In this document: one piece after another, positions 49,950-62,700 of the stretch | Numbering within the stretch: the stretch's first letter is position 1 | Layout: every line of letters starts with the position of its first letter | Assembly: GCF_902713615.1 (NCBI RefSeq) | Contig: NC_052175.1 | Coordinates: 9,837,271 to 9,901,270 of the forward strand | Length of the DNA: 64,000 bases | Source of the DNA: Scyliorhinus canicula | Taxonomy: Eukaryota | Reading direction: 5' to 3' | Program-made: the position numbers and the translations under genes | The notes under the pieces: model-generated | Seen by the model: the letters and a program-made list of their open reading frames with translations, nothing else | Told to the model about the DNA's origin: nothing | Databases searched by the model: none

Positions 49950-50620
49950 AACGTTGAAAGTTCGCAGTGCAGAAAGACACTACTCGGCCGATTGTGCCTG
50001 TGTCAACCAAAATAGAGAAAAAAGCAACTAGACGTTCACTTTAACCTAATTTCCAACTCTTGGTTTGTTATGTCAAATCCAGTTCCACGTGCCGTTCAAA
50101 TGAGTTGAGCGTTTCAGCCTCAACTAGTGCCACACACAGTGATTGCGTGACGCCCACCAACCTCTGAATGGAAAGGATATCCTTATGTCTGCTCTAAAAT
50201 GTCGACCAATCACCTCAAATCTATCGTTGACACCTCACCTGGAAAAACAAGTCTTGCCTGCCTATCGTGCCAAAGGGCCCTCATGTTCACCGCAGTAAGG
50301 CCACCTCATACTCACCTGTATTCCAAGGGAAACCACCCCAGCTATCCAATCACTTCCCATAGCTGCAATTTTCTTGTCTTGGCAAAATTCTTGTACATCT
50401 CCTCTGCCCTCTCTCCAGAGCAATTATGTCGTTCCTGGAAAGTGATGAGCAGAATTAGACAAACAGTGCAACTGGCCTCATCAGCTTTTACATACTTCCA
50501 ACATTACAGATTTGCTATCCAACCAAAAACGGAAACCATCTCAAATACATTTTTTTCAACCTTGTCCAGCTGTCCTGCTACATTTAGCGACCAGTTGGCC
50601 TGCACTCCCAATTTCTTCAA
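49950..50620 (-). mobile_element. Decayed CR1 3' region
   Basis: gatttgaggtgattggtcgac...gacataagg and other CR1 C-terminal motifs on the minus strand. Confidence 0.7.
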
Positions 50621-51074
50621 CTTCTAAGACCACTCCCAATATGTCCTCATATGTTTATTGCTCCCTCGCGTTAATATAAGGCGGGTAAAATGAGAGAAAA
50701 TGATGGCCATCATGCGGACTGGGCCTATTCAATCTGAAGAAACGTCATTGTAATTTGAGCACAGAATAATTCAATTTGGCCCACAATACATATGATAATA
50801 TTTGCTCAAAACACTTTGTTTCTTCACCTCTTTCCACTTTCTGGCCCAACGAATTAATGTCATGCTCTGTTCGGAAGTAAACAAACTAATTTTTCATCTG
50901 TCGACAGAAAATGGGAGGCAAAAATGGCACTGACACCAAAACGTTTGTGGTACTGAGCAATCATCTTCTGTACTCCCATGCAGATTCACTTTCCTTCTTT
51001 CGGGCCAAACCATGTTACTGACCAAATATTACACCTGTGGACTATTACCTACAATGTCTTGAAGAAATCGTGTC

Positions 51075-51320
51075 GAGACACAGTTTCACAGTGGTTAGCT
51101 CTGGATTCCCGACTTTGGGTCACTGCCTGTGCGGTGTCTGCACGTTCTCCCTGTGTCTGCGTGGGTTTCCTCCGGGTGCTCCTATTTCTCCCCACAGTCC
51201 CGAAATACTTGCTTGTTAGGTGAATTGGACATTCTTAATTCACCTTCTGTGTACCCGCACAGGCTCCAGATTTTGACGACCAGGATTTTCAAAATAATTT
51301 CATTTCAGAATAAATATGTC
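51075..51320 (+). mobile_element. SINE with HE1-like head and body but a different (4640-type) tail
   Basis: Shared body gggtcactgcctgtgcgg...tcccacagtcc; the tail gcacaggctccag..gacgaccaggattttca resembles the 4640-4720 tail. Confidence 0.72.
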
Positions 51321-51699
51321 TAATTGTTAGACAAAAATCATGAAGAGTAGGATAAATAGATTTGCGTTCCGGTTATGTCTTTTCAAATTCCGCACAATAA
51401 TTGCCCAGAAAAGAAAATAACACATGATCCAGATATTCTACATGAGATCTTCGTTGAGGAATTACATATCACTGCGCCCACACACAATAGAAGACACGAC
51501 CCACTCCAGATTGTCTTCCAGTTGTAGAGGTTTCAGCTTTAATTTTGGGTTACGCAGTGCAACGATCACTAAGTTCAGCACCAGAATGTCAGTGTGAACA
51601 TATTCTCGTCGCAGGAGAGAGGTCTCCAATGTCTGACTCTGACGCTAGTACTGGGAGCTGAGAGCGATGCAGAGCGGCCCCAGATTCATCGCTAACAAT

Positions 51700-52000
51700 C
51701 ATAGAACATAGATCACAGAACATTAAGTGCAGAAGGAGGCCATTCGGCCCACCAAGTCGACACCGACCCACTTAAGCCCTCACTTCCATCCTATCCCCGT
51801 TACCCAAAAAAACCCATTCTAACCACTTTGCACACTGAAGGCAATTTAGCATGGCCAATCCACCTAACCTGCACGTCGTTGGACTGTGGGTGGAAAACGG
51901 AGCACCCAGAGAAAACACACGCAGACATGGGGAGAACGTGCAGGCTCCGCACAGACAGTGACCCGGAGGGGAATCCAAACAGGGACCCTGCTGCTGTGAA
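51700..52000 (-). mobile_element. HE1-like SINE
   Basis: Body and (catagaac)n tail. Confidence 0.85.
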
Positions 52001-52239
52001 GCCACTGTTCTGTTCACTCGTATCACCGTGCTTCCGGTTAATCACATTCGCACAATCTCACGGACACAAATACAGCCACATAAGGACTCGCAGAAATAAG
52101 GAATAGAAACCACTGTAAATTCGCTATAATTCTGACACGGGAACGAATTATCAGATTGGGGAAAGGAAGAGGGAAATTTTCAGATTTGAAATACACAAAT
52201 CGGATGGATATTGACTCCAATTTAAATTATTTTCCAATA

Positions 52240-52435
52240 TTGCTCTTCGAATTAAGGGACACTTCAGCGTGGCCAACCCGCCTACTCTGAATATATTTGG
52301 GCTGTGCGGATGAGACCTACGCAGACAAGGAGAGAATGTGGAATCTCCACACGGACAGTGTCTCAGGGACGAATCAAACCCGTTTCCTCCGCGAGGTGAG
52401 GCAGCAGTGCTAACTACTGCGCCGCCATGCCGCCC
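52240..52435 (-). mobile_element. Decayed HE1-like SINE
   Basis: Head gcggcatggcggcgcagtagttagc, B box gtttgattc. Confidence 0.75.
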
Positions 52436-53849
52436 GATCACTGCAATTCAGACGTTGGACACTCAGGCGTGCTCTTTGTTAACCTTATGGAATATCCAGC
52501 AAGGGGAGATAATGTACCCTGCTCCAAAGATCATCACGTTTCTGTGCAGTATTACAAAAGTTCACAATAACCTCACTTGTATTTCACACTTTGCCTCTGT
52601 TTTAGGATTAATCTGTGTATTAGTCATTCAGATATGAATCTAAATGTTATGCTTTTCAGGCTGATCTGCGACTAATTAGAGAGGCACAATACAGCAATGC
52701 TCCTCTAATACTTCTATGAGGAATTATTCCTTCAAGCTCCCGAACACTCCAACTTTCCCCAAAACAGAAAGTGTCCGGCAATCTGTCAAAGATCCCGCCA
52801 ATCTAAAGGGCAGAATCATTTTTCAATGGATGGACATGCATGGTCTATCCCTTGTTTCTTGTAACTACTGTCCAGCAAACCTATTGCTGTCATTATCAGT
52901 CAAATTTCCTCAATTTCACATTTATTCTTCGGCAACATTTCGATGTCACTTACCAGTTTGTCGTTGTTCCCGCCCTTCTCTTTGTATTTTTCCTCTCAAC
53001 ATACAAAACGGATCAGGCGAAATAATCAAACTAACATTAAGTTTTACAAATCCTGTCTCGGTGCCAGAAGAAGTCGCGATGAGAAGTAAATCCCGTTCCT
53101 AGAGCATTTTGAAGCTCACGGAACATCTGCAATTGGAAAAAGTGCTGGCGTGTAACTGAGTGAACAGTGTTAATACAGGTACGGCCTCAGGGAAGACATT
53201 TGCAAATGGTTCATTCACTTGCTTTCAATTGTGGTGTCTCTTGACTCGTTCTTCTCAATGACGAAACGAGTTAATAATTTCAAACTATGATAATTCGGCC
53301 AACAATTCTGATTACGCAATTGCGCTTCATAAACGAGAATCTTCAACTGATCTGCCGCTTTTACGAATCCAAATGAACAAAACGATGCAGAGTCGAACGG
53401 GAATCGCCAGTACAGTTACTACAGCAGGAAGGACCGCATTGGACCATCCCACATAAATACAATACTTAGAGAATGCTGCTCTAACAAACCAGACATTTTT
53501 ATTTGGGAGGTGGGGGTGATTTTCTGATAGGAAATGCAAACCAGTTTAAAAGATGGACCAGCAAACTCCTGTGTGACATCAATCATAAAAATAAAACGGG
53601 CAACGGCAGAGTTAAGAACGGAATAAATGACACTCCGTTGGCTGCTTGACATCAATTAACTGAAAGCACAATCTGATTCGTTCCATATTCATAATGCATC
53701 AGAATATATCATTTCAACATCATTTCCTGCCTTATTTTTTAAGTGACTCGTGGATTTTTGCAGACCAGGAAGGAGTCAATTGGTTAATCGTGCCTGTGGT
53801 CTGCTCCTTTAATCATGTATCCAAATAGTCACACCATTCTTGTTCAGCG

Positions 53850-54140
53850 CTGGGACACAGCGGTTAGCACTGTTGTCTGACAGTCAAGGAGCCTGTTTCT
53901 ATTCCGGCCTTGGGTGACAGTATCTGTGAAGCTTGCACATTCTCCCTGTTTCTGCATGGGTTTCCTATGGGAGCTGAGGTTATCTCCCACAGTCCATGCT
54001 GAGTGGATTGGCTATGCTACATTGGCACGGCTTGAGGTTACGGGATGGTGTGGCGTTTGGGCCGAAGAAAGGTACACTTTCAGAAGACCGGAGCAGACTT
54101 GATGGGCCGAATATGCTCCTACTGCACTGCAGGGATTACA
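53850..54140 (+). mobile_element. Decayed HE1-like SINE
   Basis: cacagcggttagcac head; tail gcagacttgatgggccgaat. Confidence 0.75.
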
Positions 54141-54179
54141 ATAGATTGTGTTTATTTCAATGCTGAATCATTTTCCACT

Positions 54180-54460
54180 AAATTTGGACATGTCCCCTCG
54201 TGTTCTAGATTCTAACACCAATGAGATGTTTCTCCCCATCAACTCTCACCAGACCGTCATGATTCTCAACACGTCCATTCCTATGCAAGAACGAAAGTCC
54301 AAATGTCTCCAACCTACCAACGTACGAGAAGGTGCCCAGCCCTGAGACCATTCGTGAGCATCTGAAAATCGCTTATTGGCACAAGTAGGCTTCAAATGAA
54401 GTGATTGTGAAAAGCCAAATCTGTTTGCGAGTCTACTTGCTTCTTCAATCCAGAACAGGG
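54180..54460 (-). mobile_element. Very decayed CR1 3' fragment
   Basis: Residual similarity to CR1 C-terminal DNA. Confidence 0.5.
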
Positions 54461-55019
54461 CACCATATTCCAATTGAGATTGAAGCACATTATCAACGTT
54501 TTATCATTGTTTCCTTGATTTTATTCTCCCTGCAGTTATTACCAAAAATATGACATCAGATAGTTAATTTGACATAAAAATAGATTTGTCAAAAAAGATG
54601 GAGATTTCTGTGCTCATCCCACAAGATGACACAGCCTGTGTATGTCCTTCAGTGAGGAAAATTATGACTGAATTGAACAGGACCTTCCTGATATGGCTGG
54701 AGAAGCTTTACCATTGAAGCTCGGCCAACTGTTTCTGAAATTGAGCTGTTTGATATTAGTATTGGGTGCAAAATATGTTACTTTATTCCAGTGGTAAAAT
54801 AAGCACAAAGTACTGTCTTTGCTGATCTCAATTGGATTGGTAATGAATATATAATCAATGCTATTGGCTTCTGGGCTTAGGAAGAGAAGATCAGCATGGG
54901 CTCCTGCTGCTGATCGATACTTCATGTCTTTTGCTGGAAAGTGTGTATAGATGTCAGTTGTGGAGACAGTTGAGCTGAACTGTACCACATTTGTGTTAGA
55001 AATTGCCTATCCTGGAGCG

Positions 55020-55125
55020 ACATGGCGGTGCAGTGGTTAGCACAGCTGCCCCACATGCCGAGGACCTGGATTTGTCCTTGGTCCAGGGTCGCTGTCCTTG
55101 TGGAGTTTGCACAGTCTGCATGGGT
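55020..55125 (+). mobile_element. SINE head fragment
   Basis: catggcggtgcagtggttagcac...gtggagtttgcac. Confidence 0.7.
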
Positions 55126-55628
55126 CTCACGACTCTCCTCCCCCCCACTTTCAGAAGTGGAATGATATTTTGACATAGTTTTGATAATGTCATAACCATA
55201 AAAGAAACTAAAAGGGACATATAGGAGAAGGGCACCTTCAGGAAAGGGGAGTGATGATATTAAAGGTCTTTTCCCTTGTGGAACCCCTCTTGGTTTTGGT
55301 GCCTGGTTTTAAAAGTACCTGTATAGTATATTAAACGTTTGTTATAGTTACCATTTGGTTTATATGTGGTTATTAGGTTCCTACTGGTAGTTTTTTAACC
55401 ACTTTCTATAGTTCTGCTTTGCATGATACCCTATCAGTTCCATTTTTTTAATATTGAGCTGTTCATTCATTTGTATTAGGCACATATTAGATTCACAGGA
55501 AGTGTGCATTGAAGACAAAATGTATTACTGGTAGATCACTATCATTACGATCCCAGTCCACACCCCAACTGTAGCTAGGATACTGGACTGACACCCCAAT
55601 GTTTACGTTTATTTTGTAAGATTCTGTA

Positions 55629-58368
55629 GTAGAGGAAAGGATGGCGAAGATGATTCTGGAAAAGAGCGAAAGTAACAGGGTAGTTGTTATGGGAGACTTT
55701 AACTTTCCAAATATTGACTGGAAAAGGTATACTTCGAGTACATTAGATGGGTCGTTCTCTGTACAATGTGTGCAGGAGGGTTTCCTGACACAATATGTTG
55801 ACAGGCCAACAAGAGGCGAGGCCACATTGGATTTGGTTTTGGGTAATGAACCCGGCCAGGTGTTAGATCTGGAGGGAGGTGAGCACTTTGGAGACAGTGA
55901 CCACAATTCGGTGACCTTTACGTTAGTGATGGAAAGGGACAAGTATACCCCGCAGGGCAAGATGTATAGCTGGTGGAAGGGCAATTATGATGCCATTAGA
56001 CATGACTTAGAATGTGTAGGTTGGAGAAGGAGGGTGCAAGGGTTGGGCACACTGGATATGTGGAGCTTGTTCAAGGAACAGTTTCCTCCCACAGTCCAAA
56101 GATGTGCGGGTTAGGTGGATTGGCCATGCTAAATTGCCCGTAGTGTCCTAATATAAGTAAGGTTAAGGGGGATTGTTGGGTTACGGGTATAGGGTGGATA
56201 CGTTGGTTTGAGTAGGGTGATCATGGCTCGGCACAACATTGAGGGCCGAAGGGCCTGTTCTGTGCTGTACTGTTCTATGTTCTATGTTCTAACAGCTATT
56301 GCGCGTTCTTGAAAAGTACGTCCCAGTCAGACAGGGAGGAAGGGGTAGAGCGAGGGAACCGTGGTTTACCAAAGAAGTGGAATCTCTTGTTAAGAGGAAG
56401 AAGGAGGCCTATGTGAAGATGGGGCGTGAAGTTTCAGTTGGGGCGCTTCATAGTTACAAGGAAGCGTGGAATGATCTAAAGAAAGAGCTAAGACGAGCAA
56501 GGAGGGGGACATGAGAAGTCTTTGGCAGGTAGTATCAAGGAAAACCCAAAAGCTTTCTATAGGTATGTCAGGAATAAAAGAATGACTAGGGTATGAGTAG
56601 GGCCAGTCAAGGACAGTGCTGGGAAGTTTTGTGTGGAGGCTGAGGAGATAAGCGAGATACTAAATGAATACTTTTCGTCAGTATTCACTCAGGAAAAATA
56701 TAATGTTGTGGAGGAGAATGCTGAGACCCAGGCTCTCAGAATATAATTAGATTAGAATGAGGTGCGGAGGGAAGAAGTGTTGGCAATTCTGGACAAGGTG
56801 AAAATAGATAAGTCCCCGGGGCCTGATGGGATTTATCCTATGTTTCTCTGGGAAGCCAGGGAAGAGATTGCTGAGACTTTGGCTTTGATTTTTATGTCAT
56901 CATTGGCTACAGGAATAGTGCCAGAGGACTGGAGGATAGCAAATGTGGTCCCTTTGTTCAAGAAGGGGAGTAGAGATAACCCTGGAACTATAGGCCGGTG
57001 AGCCTCACGTCTGTTGTGGGTAACGTCTTGGAGAGGATTATAAGAGATACGATTTATAATCATCCAGATTGGAATAATATGATTAGGGATAGCCAGCATG
57101 GTTTTGTGAAGGGTAGGTCATGCCTCACAAACCTTATCGAGTTCTTTGAGAAGGTGACTGAACAGGTAGACGAGGGTAGAGCAGTTGATGTGGTGTATAT
57201 GGATTTCAGTAAAGCGTTTGATAAGCTTCCCCACGGACGGCTACTGCAGAAAATACGGATGCTGGGGATTGAGGGTGATTTAGAGATATGGATCAGAAAT
57301 TGGCGAGTTGAAAGAAGACAGAGGGTGGTGGTTGATGGCAAATGTTCAGAATGGAGTTCATTTACGAGTGGCGTACCACAATGATCTGTTCTGGGGCCGC
57401 TGCTGTTTGTCATTTTTATAAATGACCTAGAGGAGGGCACAGAAGGTTGGGTGCGTAAATTTGCAGACGACACTAAAGTCGGTGGAGTTGTAGACAGTGT
57501 GGAAGGATGTTGCAGGTTAGAGAGGGACATAGATAAGCTGCAGAGCTGGGCTGAGAGGTGGCAAATGGCGTTTAATGTAGCGAATTGTGAGCTGATTCAC
57601 TTTGGAAAGAATAACAGGAATGCGGAATATTTGGCTAACAGTAAAATTCTTGGTAGTGTGGATGAGCAGGGGGTTCTCGGTGTCCATGTACATAGATCCC
57701 TGACAGTTGCCACCCAGGTTGATAGGGTTGTGAAGAAGGCCTATGGTGTGTTGGCCTTAATTGGTAGAGAGATTGAGTTCCGGAGCCATGAGGTCATGTT
57801 GCAGCTGTACAAAGCTCTGGTACGGCCGCATTTGGAGTATTGCATACAGTTCTGGTCGCCTCATTATAGGAAGGACGTGGAAGCTTAGTAACGGGTGCAG
57901 AGGAGATTTACCAGGATGTTGCCTGGTATGCAGGGAAAATCTTATGAGGAAAGGCTGATGGATTTGAGGTTGTTTTCGTTAGAGAGAAAAGGTTAAGAGG
58001 TGACTTAATAGAGGCATACAAAATAATCAGAGGGTTAGATAGGGTGGACAGTGAGAGCCTTCTCCCGCGGATGGAGGTGGCTAGCACGACGGGACATAGC
58101 CTTAAATTGAGGCGTAACAGATGTAGGACAGATGTCAGAAGTAGGTTTTTTACGCAAAGAGTGGTGAGGCAGTGGAATGCCCTACCTGCATCAGTAGTGA
58201 ACTCGCCAACATTGAGGGCATTTAAAAGTTTATTGGATAAGCATATGGATTATAATGGCATTGTGTAGGTTAGATGGCCTTTAGATTTTGACTTCCCATG
58301 TCGGTGCAACATCGTGGGCCGAAGGGCCTGCACTGCGCTTTATCGTTCTATGTTCTATGTTCTATGAC
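55629..58368 (+). mobile_element. 5'-truncated CR1 LINE (end of endonuclease, RT, 3' UTR) containing a SINE
   Basis: VVVMGDFNFP, KSPGPDGIYP, QHGFVKGRSCL, KFADDT, RPHLEYC, FFTQRVV; (TATGTTC)n tail at about 58350. Confidence 0.94.
56085..56290 (+). mobile_element. 5'-truncated HE1-like SINE inserted in CR1
   Basis: Flanked by aacag on both sides; the CR1 frame continues across it. Confidence 0.88.
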
Positions 58369-58497
58369 AACCAGAATTCAGAATGTTATAGAATTCCATT
58401 GAATATTGTGGAAATAATTTTGCAGGCCTGATGCAGCTGCTCTCCAAGAGATTTGAAATAAAGGAAAAACTGTGAATGGATTGCTGTCAGATCTACC

Positions 58498-58820
58498 GGG
58501 GCAGCATGGTGGCATAGTGGTTAGCATAAATGCTTCACAGCTCCAGGGTCCCAGGTTCGATTCCCGGCTGGGTCACTGTCTGTTCGGAGTCTGCACGTCC
58601 TCCCCGTGTGTACGTGGGTTTTCTTCGGGTGCTCCGGTTTCCTCCCACAGTCCAAAGATGTGTGGGTTAGGTGGATTGGCCGTGTTAAATTGCCCGTAGT
58701 GACCTAAAAAGTAAGGTTAAGGGGGGGGGGGGGGTTGTTGGGTATAGGGTGGATACGTGGGTTTGAATAGGGTGATCATTGCTCGGCACAACATCGAGGG
58801 CCGAACTGTACTGTTCTATT
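58498..58820 (+). mobile_element. HE1-like SINE
   Basis: ggggcagcatggtggcatagtggttagc head; ggttcgattcc B box. Confidence 0.9.
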
Positions 58821-58979
58821 TGCTTAAGTATTGCATTTGTGTTGATAGTGCACATTGTTCGGCGTGTGAGACGCTGAAGAAGCCGATGCGCCATTTGGTA
58901 ACATTGCAGGGCATTTGTAAAATTTATTTAAATACCAGAAGATCAGGTAACCACTGACAGAGGGGCATATCGATAAGAA

Positions 58980-59600
58980 CACGGGGATTCCTGCACTGAC
59001 TGCCTGCCCTTTCTGGTGGTTACCCATTTCTCTGCCTGCACATTGGGTGTGACCACATTTATATAACTGCTATCTATGTCGCTTTCCGCCACCTGCATGC
59101 TCCAAAGTGCACACAACTGCTGCTCCAACCGAACCGTGCGGTCTGTGAGGAGCTCCAGTTGGGTGCACTTTCTGCAGATGAAGCCATCCGGGACTCTGGA
59201 AGCCTCCCGGACCTGCCACATCTCACAGTCAGAACACTGCACCCCTATAATTGACATTGCGTCAATGTTTTAGTAAATTAAATGTAAAAGATTAAAAAAG
59301 TTACTCTTAACTATATGTTTACCAGCACTAGATTTCTACTATAAATGTGAAAGCTTAATACAGTACTCTGTGATCTCTGGCTTAGTTATAATTAAGTAAT
59401 TATGTTTAATTTGTTTAACAATGCTTATTTAAAAAAAATTAGTATAGCTTTCCAACCAGCCAATCAGGACATGGCTTTACTGTGAGATCACTTCAGCCCA
59501 CACCCACACTCACAATTGAAAAGGTAATAAAAATAAATAAAAATCACTTACATTTCCAAGTTCTCTGATGCTCTCTGGTTCTCTCCCTCTACATTCGTAA
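58980..59600 (-). mobile_element. CR1 5' fragment (5' UTR and ORF1 zinc finger)
   Basis: ORF 58943..59257: VQCSDCEMW...FICRKCTQL. Confidence 0.82.
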
Positions 59601-59711
59601 AGACTAGCGGCCAAATGTTGACTGACGTTCATTACATTAAAATTTCTAATCTAATGTGTCAAACTATGATCCATAAATCAGAGCAGCAACATGGTTTATG
59701 TGCTTACGTAC

Positions 59712-62700
59712 GATCCAGCAGAGGGCAGCAGAGCTACTGATCAGCTGTTCTGGGGAAATTTGCATACGTCCAGTGCGGTCAGCCTAATTTGAAGGTGGTT
59801 TGTGGAGTGGCTGTTGTCAAGTGACAGTTAAACCCGAAACACTTCCTCAGTGTTTCCCACCCTACCTCCACCTCTAACCAACCCCCCCCCCCCCCCACGG
59901 TCGTTGGGAAGCGGGAGCAGGGGCCTGTCGTGAAGGTGAGTGAGTGCCTTTAAATTTGCTTACCTTTCAGCGGGAGCAGGGTTTGAGGGAATATCAGGTA
60001 AGCTCTTCCTTTCTTTTTCTTTTACTAGTTTTTTTTAAAATCTAGAGGTGATGTCAGGGAAGGCAGTACAATGCTCCTCCTGAAGAATGTTTGAGGTGAG
60101 GGACACCGTCAGTGTCCCTGCTGATTTCATCTGTGGGAAGTGCACCCAAATCCAGCTCCTCAAAAACCGTGTTAGGGACCTGGAGCTTGAGCTGGATGAA
60201 CTTCGGATCATTCGGGAGGCAGAGGGGGGTCATAGATAGGATCTTCAGGGGAGTAGTTACACCAAAGACTGGAGATAGATGGGTAACTGTAAGAGGGACT
60301 GGGAAGAAGCAGTCAGTGCAGGGACCCTCTGCGGTAGTTCCCCTGAGTAACAAGTATACCGTTTTGGATACTTGTGGGGGGGGGGGACTTACCAGGGGTA
60401 AGCCATGGGGTACGACCCTCTGGCACGGAGTCTGTCCCTGTTGCTCAGAAGGGAAGGGGGGAAAGGAGTAGAACATTAGTAATTGGGGACTCAATAGTCA
60501 GGGGCACAGATAGGAGATTTTGTGGGAGCGAGAGAGACTCACGTTTTGTATGTTGCCTCCCAGGTGGAAGGGTACGTGATGTCTCGGATCGAGTTTCCCG
60601 GGTCCTTAAGGTGGAGGGGGAGCAGCCCCAAGTCGTAGTCCACATTGGCACTAACGACATAGGTAGGAAAGGGGACAAGGATGTCAGGCAGGCCTTTAGG
60701 GAGCTAGGATGGAAGCTCAGAGCGAGAACAAACAGAGTTGTTATCTCTGGGTTGTTGCCCGTGCCACGTGATAGTGAGATGAGGAATAGGGAGAGAGAGC
60801 AATTAAATACGTGGCTACAGGGATGGTGCAGGCGGGAGGGATTCCGATTTCTGGATAACTGGGGCTATTTCTGGGGAAGGTGGGACCTCTATAGACAGGA
60901 TGGTCTACATCTGAACCTGAGTGGCACCAATATCCTGGGGGGGGGGGGGAGATTTGTTTGTGCTCTTTGGGGGTGTTTAAACTAATTCAGCAGGGGCATG
61001 GGAACCTGGATTGTAGTTTTGGGGTACGGGAGATTGAGAGTACAGAGGTCAGGAGCACAGATTTGACTTCGCAGGAGGGCGCCAGTGTTCAGGTAGGTGG
61101 TTTGAAGTGTGTCTACTTCAATGCCAGGAGTATACGAAATAAGGTAGGGGAACTGGCAGCATGATTTGGTACCTGGGACTTCGATGTTGTGGCCATTTCA
61201 GAGACATGGATAGAGCAGGGACAGGAAAGGTTGTTGCAGGTTCCGGGGTTTAGGTGTTTTAGTAAGCTCAGAGAATGGGGCAAAAGAGGGGGAGGTGTGG
61301 CGCTGCTAGTCAAGGACAGTATTACGGTGGCGGAAAGGATGCTAGATGGGGACTCTTCTTCCGAGGTAGTATGGGCTGATGTTAGAAACAGGAAAGGAGA
61401 GGTCACCCTGTTGGGAGTTTTCTATAGGCCACCTAATAGTTCTAGGGATGTAGAGGAAAGGATGGCGAAGATGATTATGGAAAAGAGCGAAAGTAACACG
61501 GTAGTTGTTATGGGAGACATTAATTTTCCAAATATTGACTGGAAAAGATATAGTTCGAGTACATTAGATGGGTCGTTCTTTGTACAATGTGTGCAGGAGG
61601 GTTTCCTGACACAATATGTTGACAGGCCAACAAGAGGCGAGGCCACATTTTGGGTAATGAACCAGGCCAGGTGTTAGATATGGAGGTAGGTGAGCACTTT
61701 GGAAACAGTGATCACAATTTGGTGACCTTTACGTAAGTGATGGAAAGGGATCAGTATATCCCGCAGGGCAAGAGTTATAGCTGGGGGAAGGGCAATTATG
61801 ATGCCATTAGACATGACTTAGGATGTGTAGGTTGGAGAAGCAGGCAGCAAGGGTTGGGCACACTGGATATGTGGAGCTTGTTCAAGGAACAGCTGTTGCA
61901 TGTTCTTGATAAGTACGTACCAGTCAGGCAGGGAGGAAGGGGTCGAGCGAGGGAATCGTGGTTTACCAACGAAGTGGAATCTCTTGTTAAGAGGAAGAAG
62001 GAGGCCGATGTGAAGATGAGGCGTGAAGTTTCAGTTGGGGCGCTTCATAGTTACAAGGAAGCGTGGAATGATCTAAAGAGAGAGCTAAGACGAGCAAGGA
62101 GGGGATATGAGAAGTCTTTTGCTGGTAGGATCAAGGAAAACCCAAAAGCTTTCTATAGGTATGTCAGGATTAAAAGAATGACTAGGGTAAGAGTAGGGCC
62201 AGTCAAGGACAGTGGTGGGAAGTTGTGTGTGGAGGCTGAGGAGATAAGCGAGATACTAAATGAATACTTTTCGTCAGTATTCACTCAGGAAAAAGATAAT
62301 GTTGTGGAGGAGAATGCTGAGACCCAGGCTATTAGAATAAATGGCATTGAGGTGCGTAGGGACGAAGTGTTGGCAATTCTGGACAAGGTGAAAATAGATA
62401 ACTCCCCGGGGCCTGTTGGAATTTATCCTAGGATTCTCTGGGGAGCCAGGGAAGAGATTGCTGAGCCTTTGGCTTTGAGTTTTATGTCATCATTGGCTAC
62501 AGGAATAGTGCCAGAATACTGGCGGATAGCAAATGTGGTCCCTTTGTTCAAGAAGGGGAGTAGAGATAACCCCGGTAACTATAGGCCGGTGAGCCTCACG
62601 TCTGTTGTGGGTAAAGTCTTGGAGAGGATTATAAGAGATACGATTTATAATCATCTAGATAGGAATAATATGATTAGCGATAGTCAGAATGGTTTTCTGA

